Position numbers and translations under genes: made by a program
Shown here: in pieces, positions 34,374-46,300 of the stretch
How the letters are laid out: every line of letters begins with the position of its first letter
How positions within the stretch are numbered: the stretch's first letter is position 1
Notes under the pieces: model-generated
Database searches by the model: none
The model's input: only the letters and a program-made list of their open reading frames with translations
What the model was told of the DNA's origin: nothing
Source of the DNA: Catajapyx aquilonaris
Lineage: Eukaryota
Reading direction: 5' to 3'
DNA: 55,361 nucleotides
NCBI GenBank assembly: GCA_000934665.2
Contig: JYFJ02002527.1
Location: forward strand, 1-55,361

Positions 34374-34726
34374 GAGGATTTCCGCAGTGCCCCACTTTGT
34401 TTAGCATCCGTCGTCCCATTCACATTGTTGACAGCATGTGGTTGATTGTCGTATTTTGTTGGTGTTGCAATTTCACAGTAGTACAGGTAGTTCTACTGAA
34501 ATGCCTTCCTTGGTTGGGGAATCTCGTGTTCTGGCATGCTTTCATTAACGAACAGGCTGTACACTGACCGATGCTGCCCCCCTATATATCTTTGTATGAT
34601 ACATGTAGCCTATAGGCTATGTGAAATTGCAACACCAACAAAATACGACAATCAACCACATGCTGTCAACAATGTGAATGGGACGACGGATGCTAAACGA
34701 AGTGGGGCACTGCGGAAATCCTCAAA
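34371..34726. mobile_element. MITE-like element with about 106-bp near-perfect TIRs
   Basis: TTTGAGGATTTCCGCAGTGCCCCAC...GCAATTTCACA pairs with TGTGAAATTGC...GTGGGGCACTGCGGAAATCCTCAAA. Confidence 0.85.
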
Positions 34727-35429
34727 GGTTGAAGTTCAGGAAAACTTATGAATTACAGTCAAGCAACGTGGTTGAAGCAAAAATCAACATGACAACAAAA
34801 GCCTGTCGTAACTCGTAAGTGTGATCCATTTTACTAACCTCCTCTTCAGCCCTGCCTGTATAATTTCCTCGAGACCTCTCGGCTTCGCTTCAGTAATGTT
34901 CACTTATCAGCTGCAAGATCATCAAAATTTATTGCGAGACAAATGGCAGATACAAATATATTGTTCCAGGTGGACCCACCAGGCTGAGCAATGATTAAAG
35001 TCGGCTATTGAAAAGAAGGCCAAGAAAGCCTTGTCATTGGGTATCTACTACTATTACTACTAGGCCTACACACTTGGAGCGCATCTGAAAGGTCTCCTCT
35101 GCTGCATAGATCAAGGACACCAAATCTCCGAATCACCATTGCGGTGTGTCAATGAGCTGTGTCAGGCTGCATTTGATACTCGCTTCTGGCGGAAACTTAT
35201 GTAAAGTAAGTCGCCAGATTTTATTCCATATTATGTTCCTTGATAATGGCCAAAATCAAACATGCTTTGGCCAGTACACAAACAAGTCGTGTCCTTGTGA
35301 CAGATTTCCTCCAAGTATGAAGTCAAAACGGCCGATTTTACTTGGAGGTGGGGGCGGAAACTTTTAAATTGAGCTAGTATTAGGAAACCGGCTAAATAGG
35401 TGTTCTTCAAAATCACACATTCCGAATAT

Positions 35430-35640
35430 ATTGCAAGTACATGTTCGTTCCTACTTTATCACCATCCTACTCTCCAGACCTGGCCCCTTCTGACTTACCT
35501 GTTCCTGGGCGGTGGCGAAAATAATGGTCGAATCACCTGTGGAGATCTTGGGAGCTCCTCCATGAGGGAAACTCTTCCTTCTACACTGCTCCGATTTGAA
35601 CAAGTTGTGGCTAGAAGATAAACCAATTATATGACATAAA
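35430..35640 (+). mobile_element. Decayed mariner transposase C-terminal fragment
   Basis: TACTCTCCAGACCTGGCCCCTTCTGAC encodes YSPDLAPSD, the mariner signature motif, and is flanked by frameshifts. Confidence 0.7.
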
Positions 35641-36489
35641 ATGCAGAACGACCAGTCGCATTTAACTGACTTTGAGATCAGAGGGTATGAAATGAAGATT
35701 GCATTATCTCTTAGATGTCAAATTATTTTCAAAAATTATTCGCAGGGGCTGTGATTTTTTTGTTAGCATAGTTTTAAACCTTTTTCGTTTCTTGATCGTG
35801 GCGATCAAGAAACGAAAAATGATTTATTTTTGAAGGATTTATTTTTGAAACGGCCTTCCAGCAAAAGGAGTAAACAGTGTCCACAATAAGAAACTCGTTC
35901 GAATTGTTCTATTGTTTACACTGATTACTCCTTTTGCTGAAAGTTTTCCAGAAAAATATCCATATAGTGGCGATCAAGAAACGGAATGTGCTCTCATTTC
36001 ATGCTTTTTACGTATGGTCCAGTGACACAATATTTTGGTCATAATGGGTTACTCCGCGGTAGGTGTGCGTAGGCCCCATGCATTTTATCCAGGCCTCAGA
36101 GAAGATAAGGTAAGTGGGATGGGATCTTCATTCTTCATAATAGAAACCACGTGCTAGTGTACTTTTATGGCGATAGCACGATAATTGTTAGCCACTATTG
36201 TTATTCGCAGGAGGGGCGCGTCAAGAGAGGCAGAAATCTATGCTGTTCTTTTACTAATACCAGTGCTTCTCTGGACATTACATCCCATTTTACAATCGGA
36301 CAAGCTGCTCTAGTGAGCAGTTGGCTATAGTTAATAATCGCTGAAACTATCAGGAAGATATGATTTTTCAAGGAGTCAAGTAGCCAGTATATGTTGTGTG
36401 CAGATCGTCACATTTTTTGAAAGTTGTCTTTTTCTGCACCTACACTTTAGGATTCCAATTTCTGAGTGACATCAAGGAGATCATCCAGC

Positions 36490-37022
36490 ATGAGTGGAGA
36501 CAAAGAACAGGTACAATTTTTTGTTGACAAAAGTTTTCTCTGAATGACCAGTCATGTTTTCTTTTTTCATTTCGCAGGACGAAGGCGCGTTGGTAAAGTA
36601 TGGAGGTGTGGACGGCCCAAATTCCGAATACATTCAACTGACCTCTTGTGACGGCTTTGTTTTTATCATCAAGAAGGACTATGCATTTACCTCCGAGACA
36701 ATCAGGGCCATGTTGGGTCCATCTTATTTCCCCTTCGCTGAGGCACAGCCTAACGAGATAGTCTTTCGCAATGTCTCGTGAGTGCACAGTACAGCATTTT
36801 TCATTCCTGTATAGTACAGCAGGTGTAATTGACTTATTTCCCCCTTTTCTCATCTCGTTCGTCCCTTTTTTCATTTCCAGGGGCCGGATGGTGATTGAAG
36901 TGTGCAAGTACTTCCTGTACGCCCGTCGGTACCGCAACAGCTTTGCGGAGATACCTCGCTTCGAGATCGCACCAGAGGTAGCCTTAGATGTCATGCTGTT
37001 TGCCAACTTCCTGAATTGCTAG
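36490..37022 (+). CDS. EloC: Divergent Elongin C-like protein (SKP1/BTB-POZ fold); join(36490-36510,36578-36777,36881-37022), 120 aa
   Basis: YGGVDGPNSEYIQLTSCDGFVFIIKKDYAFTSETIRAML...FAEAQPNEIVFR...VCKYFLYARRYRNSFAEIPRFEIAPEVALDVMLFANFLNC* is colinear with Elongin C through the terminal Cys. Introns are GT-AG and in phase. AATAAA at 37668. Confidence 0.9.
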
Positions 37023-37789
37023 AACGACAATAGTTCAGCACAGGGATGTCCACGCCGTTGTATATCAGGGAGCATTTTTGTTGGGGTAAATTGTTTTGAA
37101 GAGTGACAGACGCGTTTATAGATTATGGGAGTTGGGAGGTAACTATGCCAAACAAGGGCTTGATGGGAAGGACTAATAAGAGAAAATTGTGTGTTTGTGA
37201 GAATGGTCACTTGGAGTAGACCACCTGGCAGCGGGAGATGGATTTGTGATCCTCTGAGAGCGTATATAGTTTGTTGGCAAAAACCCGAGTGACAATTCTA
37301 TTCTTTTAATATTTTTATGCCATATTTGCATGTACCGTTACATCTTGTTAAAGATGGGATTTATATAATGGTATTATATTATTTTATTAATATTGTATTC
37401 TATTTCATGAGACTCGGAAAGAGATATTTTAATTATTGCGTAAAGAGAAAAATGTTGTGTAAAAAAGAAAAAGACAAAAGGTTGTTGGAAATTCATCTAA
37501 AAAGAGTCAGTTATTGTATACTAATGAAATTACAAGCCGCAAAATGTGAAGGTAAAAGTGAACGTATTCTCGAATTCTTCAAATATTGATTGTATGTTTG
37601 GTGGTTCGATTTCTATGCGATGACAATAGACGATAATAATTGGTTTTTACTGGATGATACAGCTCTGAATAAATCAATCTATAAACAGTGCACAAAATTG
37701 TTGTTTTAATAGATAATAATTATGCCCCCNNNNNAAAAAAGGTCATACAATCTCACATGGGTATGAGTCGGTCATATATATTCATACCC

Positions 37790-38050
37790 ATTTTCTCACC
37801 AGATGACGTCAAGTAGGCAAACATTGAGGCATTAGCCACCCTAATAAAGTTAATAATCTCTCTTCAAATGAAGATGAATAATTATGTCGTGTATTTTTCC
37901 ACCCTACCGCCTCATGTTGTCTTGTAGAATCGCCCCCAGGTGGCAGAACCTGTCATGTTCCCAGGAAAAGTAGTTCTTTGTAACTATTTCTTTTGCCTTT
38001 ACCGCGATTTGAAATAGCCACTCAGTGATTTCGATCTGTCAGGTCAGGTG
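37790..38050 (+). promoter_or_regulatory. Probable TECPR1 promoter and first non-coding exon
   Basis: Full CRE TGACGTCA at 37804 and a local CpG rise, upstream of the acceptor at about 39778 that precedes the TECPR1 ATG. Confidence 0.35.
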
Positions 38051-38476
38051 GAGATTCGAACGACTTCCCTCCCTGTAGAATGGTTTCTCCCCTATCCCTG
38101 TTCAGGGTGAGCAAATAGTCCAAGCCAAGTATTGTACTCTTCAGTACGTAGATCTTCCCATACGTGGTGTTTATTTCCTGTGTACTGTCCACGTACAAGA
38201 GGTATGAGGAGTACCCATCTGATCATAAAGGATGTATAACATTGTAGGTATGACAAATGGCCATGGAACGGTGTTTGCTGGTTCATTAGTATCTCATCCA
38301 GGTTATACGTATGAGGAGGAACATTTTTACAATAATTTTACTTCTAGCAAAAAGCTTCAGTGTGATGTAAATAATCAGGATTTGAGCAAGTTTAGTTGGG
38401 TATTTACTTCATAAAAGGACGGAAAGGCCGAGCAGTGTATTAGACCCAAAATACATATTGGTGACTTGAAAAATAA

Positions 38477-39234
38477 TACCTCGCATAAAGCAGCATGCCG
38501 GTGTAGTAGAGGTCGACCAGTTTTCAGAAATGCACCATCTGGTGGCTGTACCGGCAAGCCGGTATAAGGCAAGGTTTTCACATAAGTTACATTATCCTTT
38601 CCGAACTTGACATTTGCCTGAAAATTGAAATTCACGTAAAGGCTATCGAAAAGGTACATTTTCCGGATAGGGTACCCATATACCAGATATTGTTTTCAAT
38701 TGTAGTGTCTGGCATTAATCTCTATGCCTGAATCTTCGACTTCTTGCGCAAACCTGTGGGAGGGGCCATAATCTTCTAGAGAAACTTTCCAATGGTGTTA
38801 ATCCCTGATGGGGAAAGAACCCCGGGAGTAGTTAATTTTGTTACTCTAAAATGTGATGATTTTTACTCTCGCTGACAGAACCCTGTTAACTCCCCTCTGC
38901 TGGCACCTCCCACAGGTTTGCGCGAGACGTCGAAGATACGGGCCTTAAACAGTATGTTGGAGCAGGGGGTTCCCCTGTCAAAGCAGGGCGTCAGTGGGAT
39001 TGGTCACACACACTACATTTTTGATATGCACTGTACAACAGAACTTGCCTGTACACTCGCCCATTTTCATTGTAATGTTATTTTAGTACGGTATCAGAAG
39101 CATTCAAAAAAATTTGGCAAGGATCAAAATTACGGAAATCTACCTCGGTTATTGCGGCATGCCGGCCACCCCCGGGTTATACTGGCATGCTGGTCGACCT
39201 CATTTTATACCGGCATGCCGCTTTATGAGAGGTA
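38477..39234. mobile_element. TIR element hosting a nested Harbinger MITE
   Basis: TACCTCGCATAAAGCAGCATGCCGGT...GAGGTCGACCAG pairs with CTGGTCGACCTC...ACCGGCATGCCGCTTTATGAGAGGTA. Confidence 0.75.
38725..38944. mobile_element. PIF/Harbinger MITE, family A copy 2
   Basis: Colinear with 10488-10707, including the internal GGAGTAGTTAATTTTGTTACTCTAAAATGTGATGATTTTTACTCTCGCT. Confidence 0.88.
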
Positions 39235-39538
39235 ATATGCTATAATTAGGCATAGCATATCATTAACATTTTATATCTCGGTGAGTCTTTCAATGTCACA
39301 TGCAAGAACATGTTCTTGCATGAGCTTACACGAGCATTGACATCTTGGAAGTACGGAATTTAGTATCTATGAAATAAGCAGTAATGTGGAGTTTCCTCAA
39401 CAACGTGTAACCGATTTGGTCGTTGTCAATATGGCCACAAAATGTTTTTTGGGTCTCATACGTTGCTTGGCTTTTCTGTCTCTTTGCGAGGTAAATCCCC
39501 AACTAAGCTTCCTGGAAAATTGTGATTATTTGTCACAC

Positions 39539-39691
39539 TGAAGCAGATAACCTGGATGAGAGTGTACTAGTACACTCTCATCCAGGTTATCTGCTTCACA
39601 CCAGAATAATCACACCAGAAGTGATGCCTTCCTTACTCACTGGGTGATTAGTTAATCACCCAGTGAGTAAGGATGGCATCACTTCTGGTGT
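39539..39691. repeat. Two adjacent palindromes: perfect 60 bp (39539-39598) and near-perfect 80 bp (39612-39691)
   Basis: TGAAGCAGATAACCTGGATGAGAGTGTACT|AGTACACTCTCATCCAGGTTATCTGCTTCA and ACACCAGAAGTGATGCC...TGATTA-GT-TAATCA...GGCATCACTTCTGGTGT. Confidence 0.95.
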
Positions 39692-39861
39692 TAAGGCATG
39701 GTTGTGCATGAAAAGAAACGAGCGTTAATTTATTGCTACCTTTGTCCATCACTAGGTGGTTGCTTTCACCTCCTATAGGAGGGGTTTCCCTGTCACCAAT
39801 GTGTTCTACCTGGTGAGGGTGTGGGAGCAGTTCCTGTGATCAGCCCGTAGAAGATTGCACC

Positions 39862-41824
39862 ATGACTACTGCAGATTCCAGTGCAGTTGCTGTGAACAGC
39901 CATGGACGAGTATTTATGCTGTCACCATCAAGCCACCACTGGGAGGAACTTCCATACATGGGTCTGGAATTTAAGCGAGTCTCAGCTACAGAGAATTTTA
40001 TATGGGCCATTGGAGGAGATCATCAGGTGTATGTGTTTGTTTACGGTTATGTTGTCCCAATTCGTGTCAAGGAGGAGACATATGAGAACCAGGTGATGTT
40101 TCCATTTTCTAAAAGCTTACAAGGGGTCAGTAACAAATTTTAAAATCTATTTGCAGCGTTGGAATCCTATGGATGGCTTCTGCACTAAGCTGCTGCTGTC
40201 AGACCGTCCTAATTTCTCCAGTGATGATGGCAAGGAGAGACGCTTGCAGAGTGCCATCAAGCTTCCATCCATGGCTTGGATGTGGGAAGATGAGTGGCAT
40301 CTTGAGACTGTTCTTAATGGCCATATGCTTGATTCAGATGTAAGGACACTAAATAGTAGGTTATGGATGTTGAGAGAAAGCTTATGCAATTAAGGTTTAT
40401 GTGGGAGATTAATTTACTCTCAGCCAGGGAGAAAATGCTGAGTTGTGAAAGGACATGAAAAGGACACATCTCTTGAATGACAGGTTGAACTTTATAATTG
40501 ATATTAAGGAGGTTGGCCCAGCATTGCCTTTCAACCTCCAAGGATAGGGAAGGAAGGAAGCGGCTGTGGCCTATAATACGGAAGCGACCCCGGAATTATC
40601 CTGGAAAGACTGTGGTAAACCACAGAAAACCACGGTCAGGGTTGCCGGCCCCGGGATTCGAACCCAGGACCTCCCGATTAGCAGTCGGACGCCCTATCCA
40701 CTATGCCAACCTGCTTCGGTTGACAGGTTGAACTGTGATAACTGAGCTAATATTCTTGATTCCCAGGGTACAATCCATTTTTTTCAAAACTGAAAACTAA
40801 GCCCTTGATGGGAAAATGCATCACATGCTAAGATAGGTTGATAGGCAAGGGGACAACCAGTGCCACATTCGCAAAGGTACAAACCAGACATTCTTTGGGA
40901 GGTGGGAACAGGTGTGCATGTTCGGAGGCAGTTGGCTCACAAATTCTTTCTCTGGAGTGGGGTTTACCAAGTGATTACCAATGAATATCTGTTATCTTTT
41001 AACTTTCCTGCCACTTCCCCTCTTGTGTCTCTGCTGCCTCGCCAATGATGGCTTTCTGGCCCACTTTTGACTGCTCTCTGTGGGCTTACAGTTCAGTTCT
41101 GAGAATCATGTATGACACTTGCAGGATCCAGATTATTGTCAGCTGCTCAGGTTTTATTTTATTCACCCTTGCAAGTTATCTTGTCAATGAGATGCATATC
41201 TCAAGTATCCTTGGCATGGTACCTGGTGTCCAACAAGAATTGTCGCAGCAGCAGCGTACGAACTACAGTCTCTCGTGTCCCTGTGCTCGTAGATTGTAGT
41301 TCGTGCGCTACCGCTGCGACAATTCTTGTTGGACTGATAGTACAATCACAAGCATAAGGATTATTTTTGATGTGTACAATTTCTGTTAGTATGTGGGTAA
41401 ATTTATGTCTGTGTGTGATGTATGAGGTCTATAGGAGCAATGCGCCATAATGGGGTAATAAAAACGAAACAAACAAGCATAAGGATGGTGATGGGCTGCA
41501 AGACGGCGCATACCCATCCCATAAGTAGAAGCAGAATCAATGTGTCTGCCCATGCTCGTTTTTACCCTGTCTGTCGCATGGTGTCGAAACTGTAGCATTG
41601 CAAAACTTTATTTTCCGATTGGCCCTCGCAGTTAGCATAAACCACTCCCTCCATGCCTTCCAGAGAGAGCTGAACTTCAGAGTGATGAGAGCCACATTTT
41701 GGTCAAAATTGAGTTTGGCATTGTTTAATATATTCCATTATCATGATCATCAACTGACCATGTGATAGGCCTGTCACTTATTTGGGGATCCTGTTTTAAG
41801 TCCCATATTTTTTTTTACAGCAAA

Positions 41825-41857
<33 letters not shown>

Positions 41858-43294
41858 ATACTGTATTACTATTTTTGTCATCTGAAAGGGTTGGACATAT
41901 GCGTTGGATTTCCCCTGTGAGTACCGTCATGAAAAGCGCTGGAATTCATACGTTCGAAGAAGAAAGTGGGTTCGCCATCGTCAGTACACAGCGCTCAATT
42001 CCTGGTCAGCTGTGCCAACCATCCACAAGGACCAAACAAAAGAACCATTCATTGATATTGCTGTTGGAGGCCATCAAATGGTGGGAGGTGACCCCGGAAC
42101 TATGATAGTGTGGGGTGTAACAGTTTTAGGAAGGGTAAGTATTCAAAGAAAAGAGAATATCCTTGTTCTTGTGGGCATAAGGCATGTCCTAACGTACCTA
42201 ATAGTGCATATTTTTTGATGTTTTTCTGTCTGTAGTTTTGCTTCCTAAGTATTTTTCAAACCCACAGAAAAATTCATTCTTAAACTTTTATGTTTGACCC
42301 TACTTTACAGGTATTGAGAAGAGTGAATGTTTCAAAGCGAAACCCTGAAGGTGATAGCTGGGAAGAAGTAAATACTCCACCAGCTTGGGAGATCATCCAG
42401 TTAAGCATTACGTCACAAGGTCTAGTGTGGGCTGTTGCTTGGAATGGAAGAGCCCTTGTTCGTTTGGGTGTATCACGTCTTTGCCTGTGTGGTGAAAAGT
42501 GGGTGGAAGTATCACCTCCTAGTCCTGAGTCCCATTTGTCCACTGTTGCAGCCAGCAATGACACTGTGTGGGCAGTGTCTAGAGACCATCGAGTTTGGTT
42601 TCGTCGTGGCTACGGCGGAAGTGATATGACTGGTCTATCATGGCTAGAAATGGTTGGTGAAATGCTGGTTGTGTCAGTAAGTGCTAACAATCAGGTGTTT
42701 GCTGTTGGAGCTGAAGATAACTGCCTGTACGTCAGGCAGGGAGTGAGCACATCAGACAAGAGTGGAAAAGGCTGGCGGAGGTTGACCTTACAGTGTGTCA
42801 CTTCTGAGGTGCCCATGAGCAGTGAAATAAGCATGGTAGTTACTCAACTGGCTGAATCTTTTCCTGCTGCCAACACAAAGTGTGCAGATGGAAATGGCAT
42901 AGCCAATGAAACATTTTCTTCTGAGAAGGAAAGTAGGCCAGAACCTGAAGAAGATAGTGACCTAGACAGGAGTCTTAGTATTGGTTCACAGACACATTTG
43001 GAGATTTGTGAAGCTGTTCGAGGCCCTTCTCACAAGGCAGTCTGTTGGGTGTGGGTGGATGCTGGAGCATGTGTAGTTGACACGGCTCAGATTGCTGCTT
43101 GGTAAGATTGTGATCACCACCCATAATCACCCATGCCTCCACAGGTCACTGGAGACTTGAGATACATTTTGTGTCAGGTCTGATCTTCAGTGACCTTCTT
43201 TTTGGACGTGGGTGGTCTGGTTGCAATAATACATAGGATATAGGGAAATAATAACACCTCCATATCATTTTATTTACAGTCAATTCTGTATATT

Positions 43295-43349
<55 letters not shown>

Positions 43350-46300
43350 CGTTACCCCGTTTTTAGGGCAGGGCCCGTCAACTGTGTATATGAGAATGAG
43401 AGTCTTGGCTATAAGCTACCCTTGGTTACAGCCAACTTGAAATGCCAGTCCTAGCATACTTCTATACAGTATATGGCCTGCATATTTGGATAGAAAACCT
43501 TGGTTAGATAGGATACTTATTGCCATGGTCCCTTGACGTCTCTTATGTCCGAAGTTGACTGAAGAACTGAGAACAATGTGAATAGGGAATGCTAGTCATA
43601 GGAGCCCGTTATAATGGGTGTAGTCCACAGGATTATTAAAATCGCTGGACAATCAGTGATCATGAGCCTGAATAGAAAATAAAACGAAAGGCGTCCTAAA
43701 AACCATTCTTTAGTTACACGTATAAATGTTATTGAAACTGCAAAATTACCATTGATGAACAATAATAGAGCTGAGGACGTATTTCCGTGGCTGTGCTTCT
43801 TTCTCCGAGAGTTCGTTTCTATCTATCCCTGGTTGAAGAGAGTCCGACAGTTTTCAAATTACGAATCATGCAGCACAGCTTTATCCACTACGTTTTTAAC
43901 GCATGTTGTGTGACTGCCAGGGATTAATAATTTACCCTGTTCACAAGTGTCTCTGACATGTACCCCCGCGAGCATAAAGATAGAGACGGCAGGCCCTTTT
44001 TTGACCTTTCTTTATCCGGCTCAAATTAATGAACAATTTTTGGACCGAGTTAGCTGCTTCCGGCGTGTGTTCATGTATTTATGACAGTATATTTGATACT
44101 GTAATTGCTGAGATTGGCAGAGCAGCCTGCCGAAGGTGAGGGCCTGCCGTCTCCATCTTTATGCTCGCGGGTGTACCTTGACATCCAAGGATCGTCTGAC
44201 TCTTGAAAAGTCAACATGTAGTTGTCCATGGCTGAACACAGGGTTTGGAAGATGTATGCCCACTTTGTCAAGGCACATTGCAGATTGCACAGCCCCCTTT
44301 TGCTGTTGGGATTTCTTAAAAGAATCCTTAGTCTGCTTTTTTTTCAAAATTAGCTCATGCGGTGCGGTTCCAGATGAATTCAAGGAATTCAGAAACTCGA
44401 CAGGGTAATCCTACCCTACGTATCCTCTTTGTCTTCTGTGATCCAAGAGTCTGGGCTTAGGTATAGGTTTGACTCTCGCCCTCTAAAATGCAATTAACTT
44501 TTGTATTGATTTCATGTACACTCGCGAGCATAAAGTTGCAGACCCTGCGGGCCTTTTCTCACCTTTTTTTATCAGACTCAAATTAATGAACTCTTTTTGC
44601 ACTGATTTAGCGGCTTCAGGTGTGTTTTCGTGCATTTATAACAGTATATTTGATACGGTAATAGCTGAGATTGGCCGAGCACCCTGCCGAAGGTGAGGGC
44701 CCGCTGTCTCCAACTTTATGCTCGCGGGTGTACATCTTCATTAGTAGGGCAGAGAATTGCCATGTTAGAAAAGGATTCCGTGTTTTCCAAAGTCAATTTA
44801 GCTACAAAGATTTCCTGAATGATGTCGGCAGTAATCATTGACTCGCTATATATGCAGGGTGGACACACGCGACATTTTGTCGCTTAAATGCATTCCACAA
44901 ATGGCTGAACTTTAAACTCACTTGAACCAATTCATCAGGGTCAGCAGCGGGGATGTCCAGCAATGTCTACCTGAAATCTCCTCCCAGTAATGTTACTTTT
45001 CCTTCAAATGGAATATCTGCCTTCATTATTAATTAATTAATTCTCTTAGCCTTAGTCCGTCAATACATTCAAGTGCAAGGGCAGGGGCCATTGTTGATTT
45101 GTCCCAAATGATAAGTTTGGTTTCCCTTAGAAACATGATGTAAGTACGGTAGTATGATGCAAGGGGATCCAGTTCTGGGCGAGAAGTAGATGTTACCTCG
45201 TACATGTTTTAAGGTGTTGTCGCAATTTATTTTTTTTGTCTAGCGGACATAATTATACTTATCTTTCTCTTAATCGGCTTATTGATCCTAAAGAAGTTAA
45301 AGTGTTGTCAGCATTTGCTGAAATGGAAACCCTTACCTAACCCAAATCCAGTTAACTCTGAAACATATGGCTGAAGTACTCTGGTTTACCTTAATCATAG
45401 AGACATGATGTAAGTACGGTATAGTATGACACAAGTGGGCCCAGTTCTGGGTGAGGAATGGTACCCCCTACAATCATGTTTTATTGTTTATCCATGTCAA
45501 TAGAAGAATTTATTACTTAGTAACGGTCTTGTCACAAATGGTTTGTTTTGTTTAGCAGACATAATTAATTATAATCAGATGTGGAGAGAATATGGGGATC
45601 AGTAGTATAAGCACACAGAAAGGATAAGGCTTTTAGTGGTATGATGATCAGTGCGTGTTTCGCCTCCATTGAAGTGGAACCCACGTTTTCTGACCTCTAT
45701 TTGTCGTGTAATTGTTTGAACGGCAAGAGTGATCAACCATGGTATATCTAGGCAATGAGTGTTGAGGGACATATAAGCATCGTCACAGAATTAGGGAATT
45801 AGTGGTATGATTACTTTGTGTGTTTTAATTTGTCAGGAACATCCTTTGTCCATCCTGGACTTCAATTTTTTCTGGTCTGAGTCAATGAGATGAAAGCACA
45901 GTTGTTTATGAACCCTTCCTACATTTGCACAAGGCCTCAGACTCTTGTTTTGAAGATACTGTAACTAACTGTAAGCCTAATTACCATGATTTTTTGGGAA
46001 GGAGTGGAATACCAAACAACTCATTTTCTGTGCGAAGTGAGGGATCATATGCTTGCCCTGTGTAAAGTTGGAGAAATTCCTTGACTACAATGATATGAAA
46101 CCAATTTCCTAAGGTCATTATATGGTGTGTTTATGTAACTGCATGATGTAAAATTAAGCATTCTTTTCTGACTCAGTCCAAGCAAATTATATGGTTGTCA
46201 TGACATGGTGGTTCAATCTGTGAAAAGGGGCACACTTTTTAAAAATGTGTGTAAGCCCTCATGGGTTCCCCTGCAACAAATCTTCCTCTTTCCAATGGTA

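Noticed and set aside
35782..35937. Small hairpins upstream of the EloC-like gene as ncRNA or terminators
   Set aside because: Short inverted repeats sharing GCGATCAAGAAACG with a nearby copy; most simply transposon debris.
36440..37006. 188-aa minus-strand ORF
   Set aside because: Antisense to the Elongin C-like exons, with no independent support.
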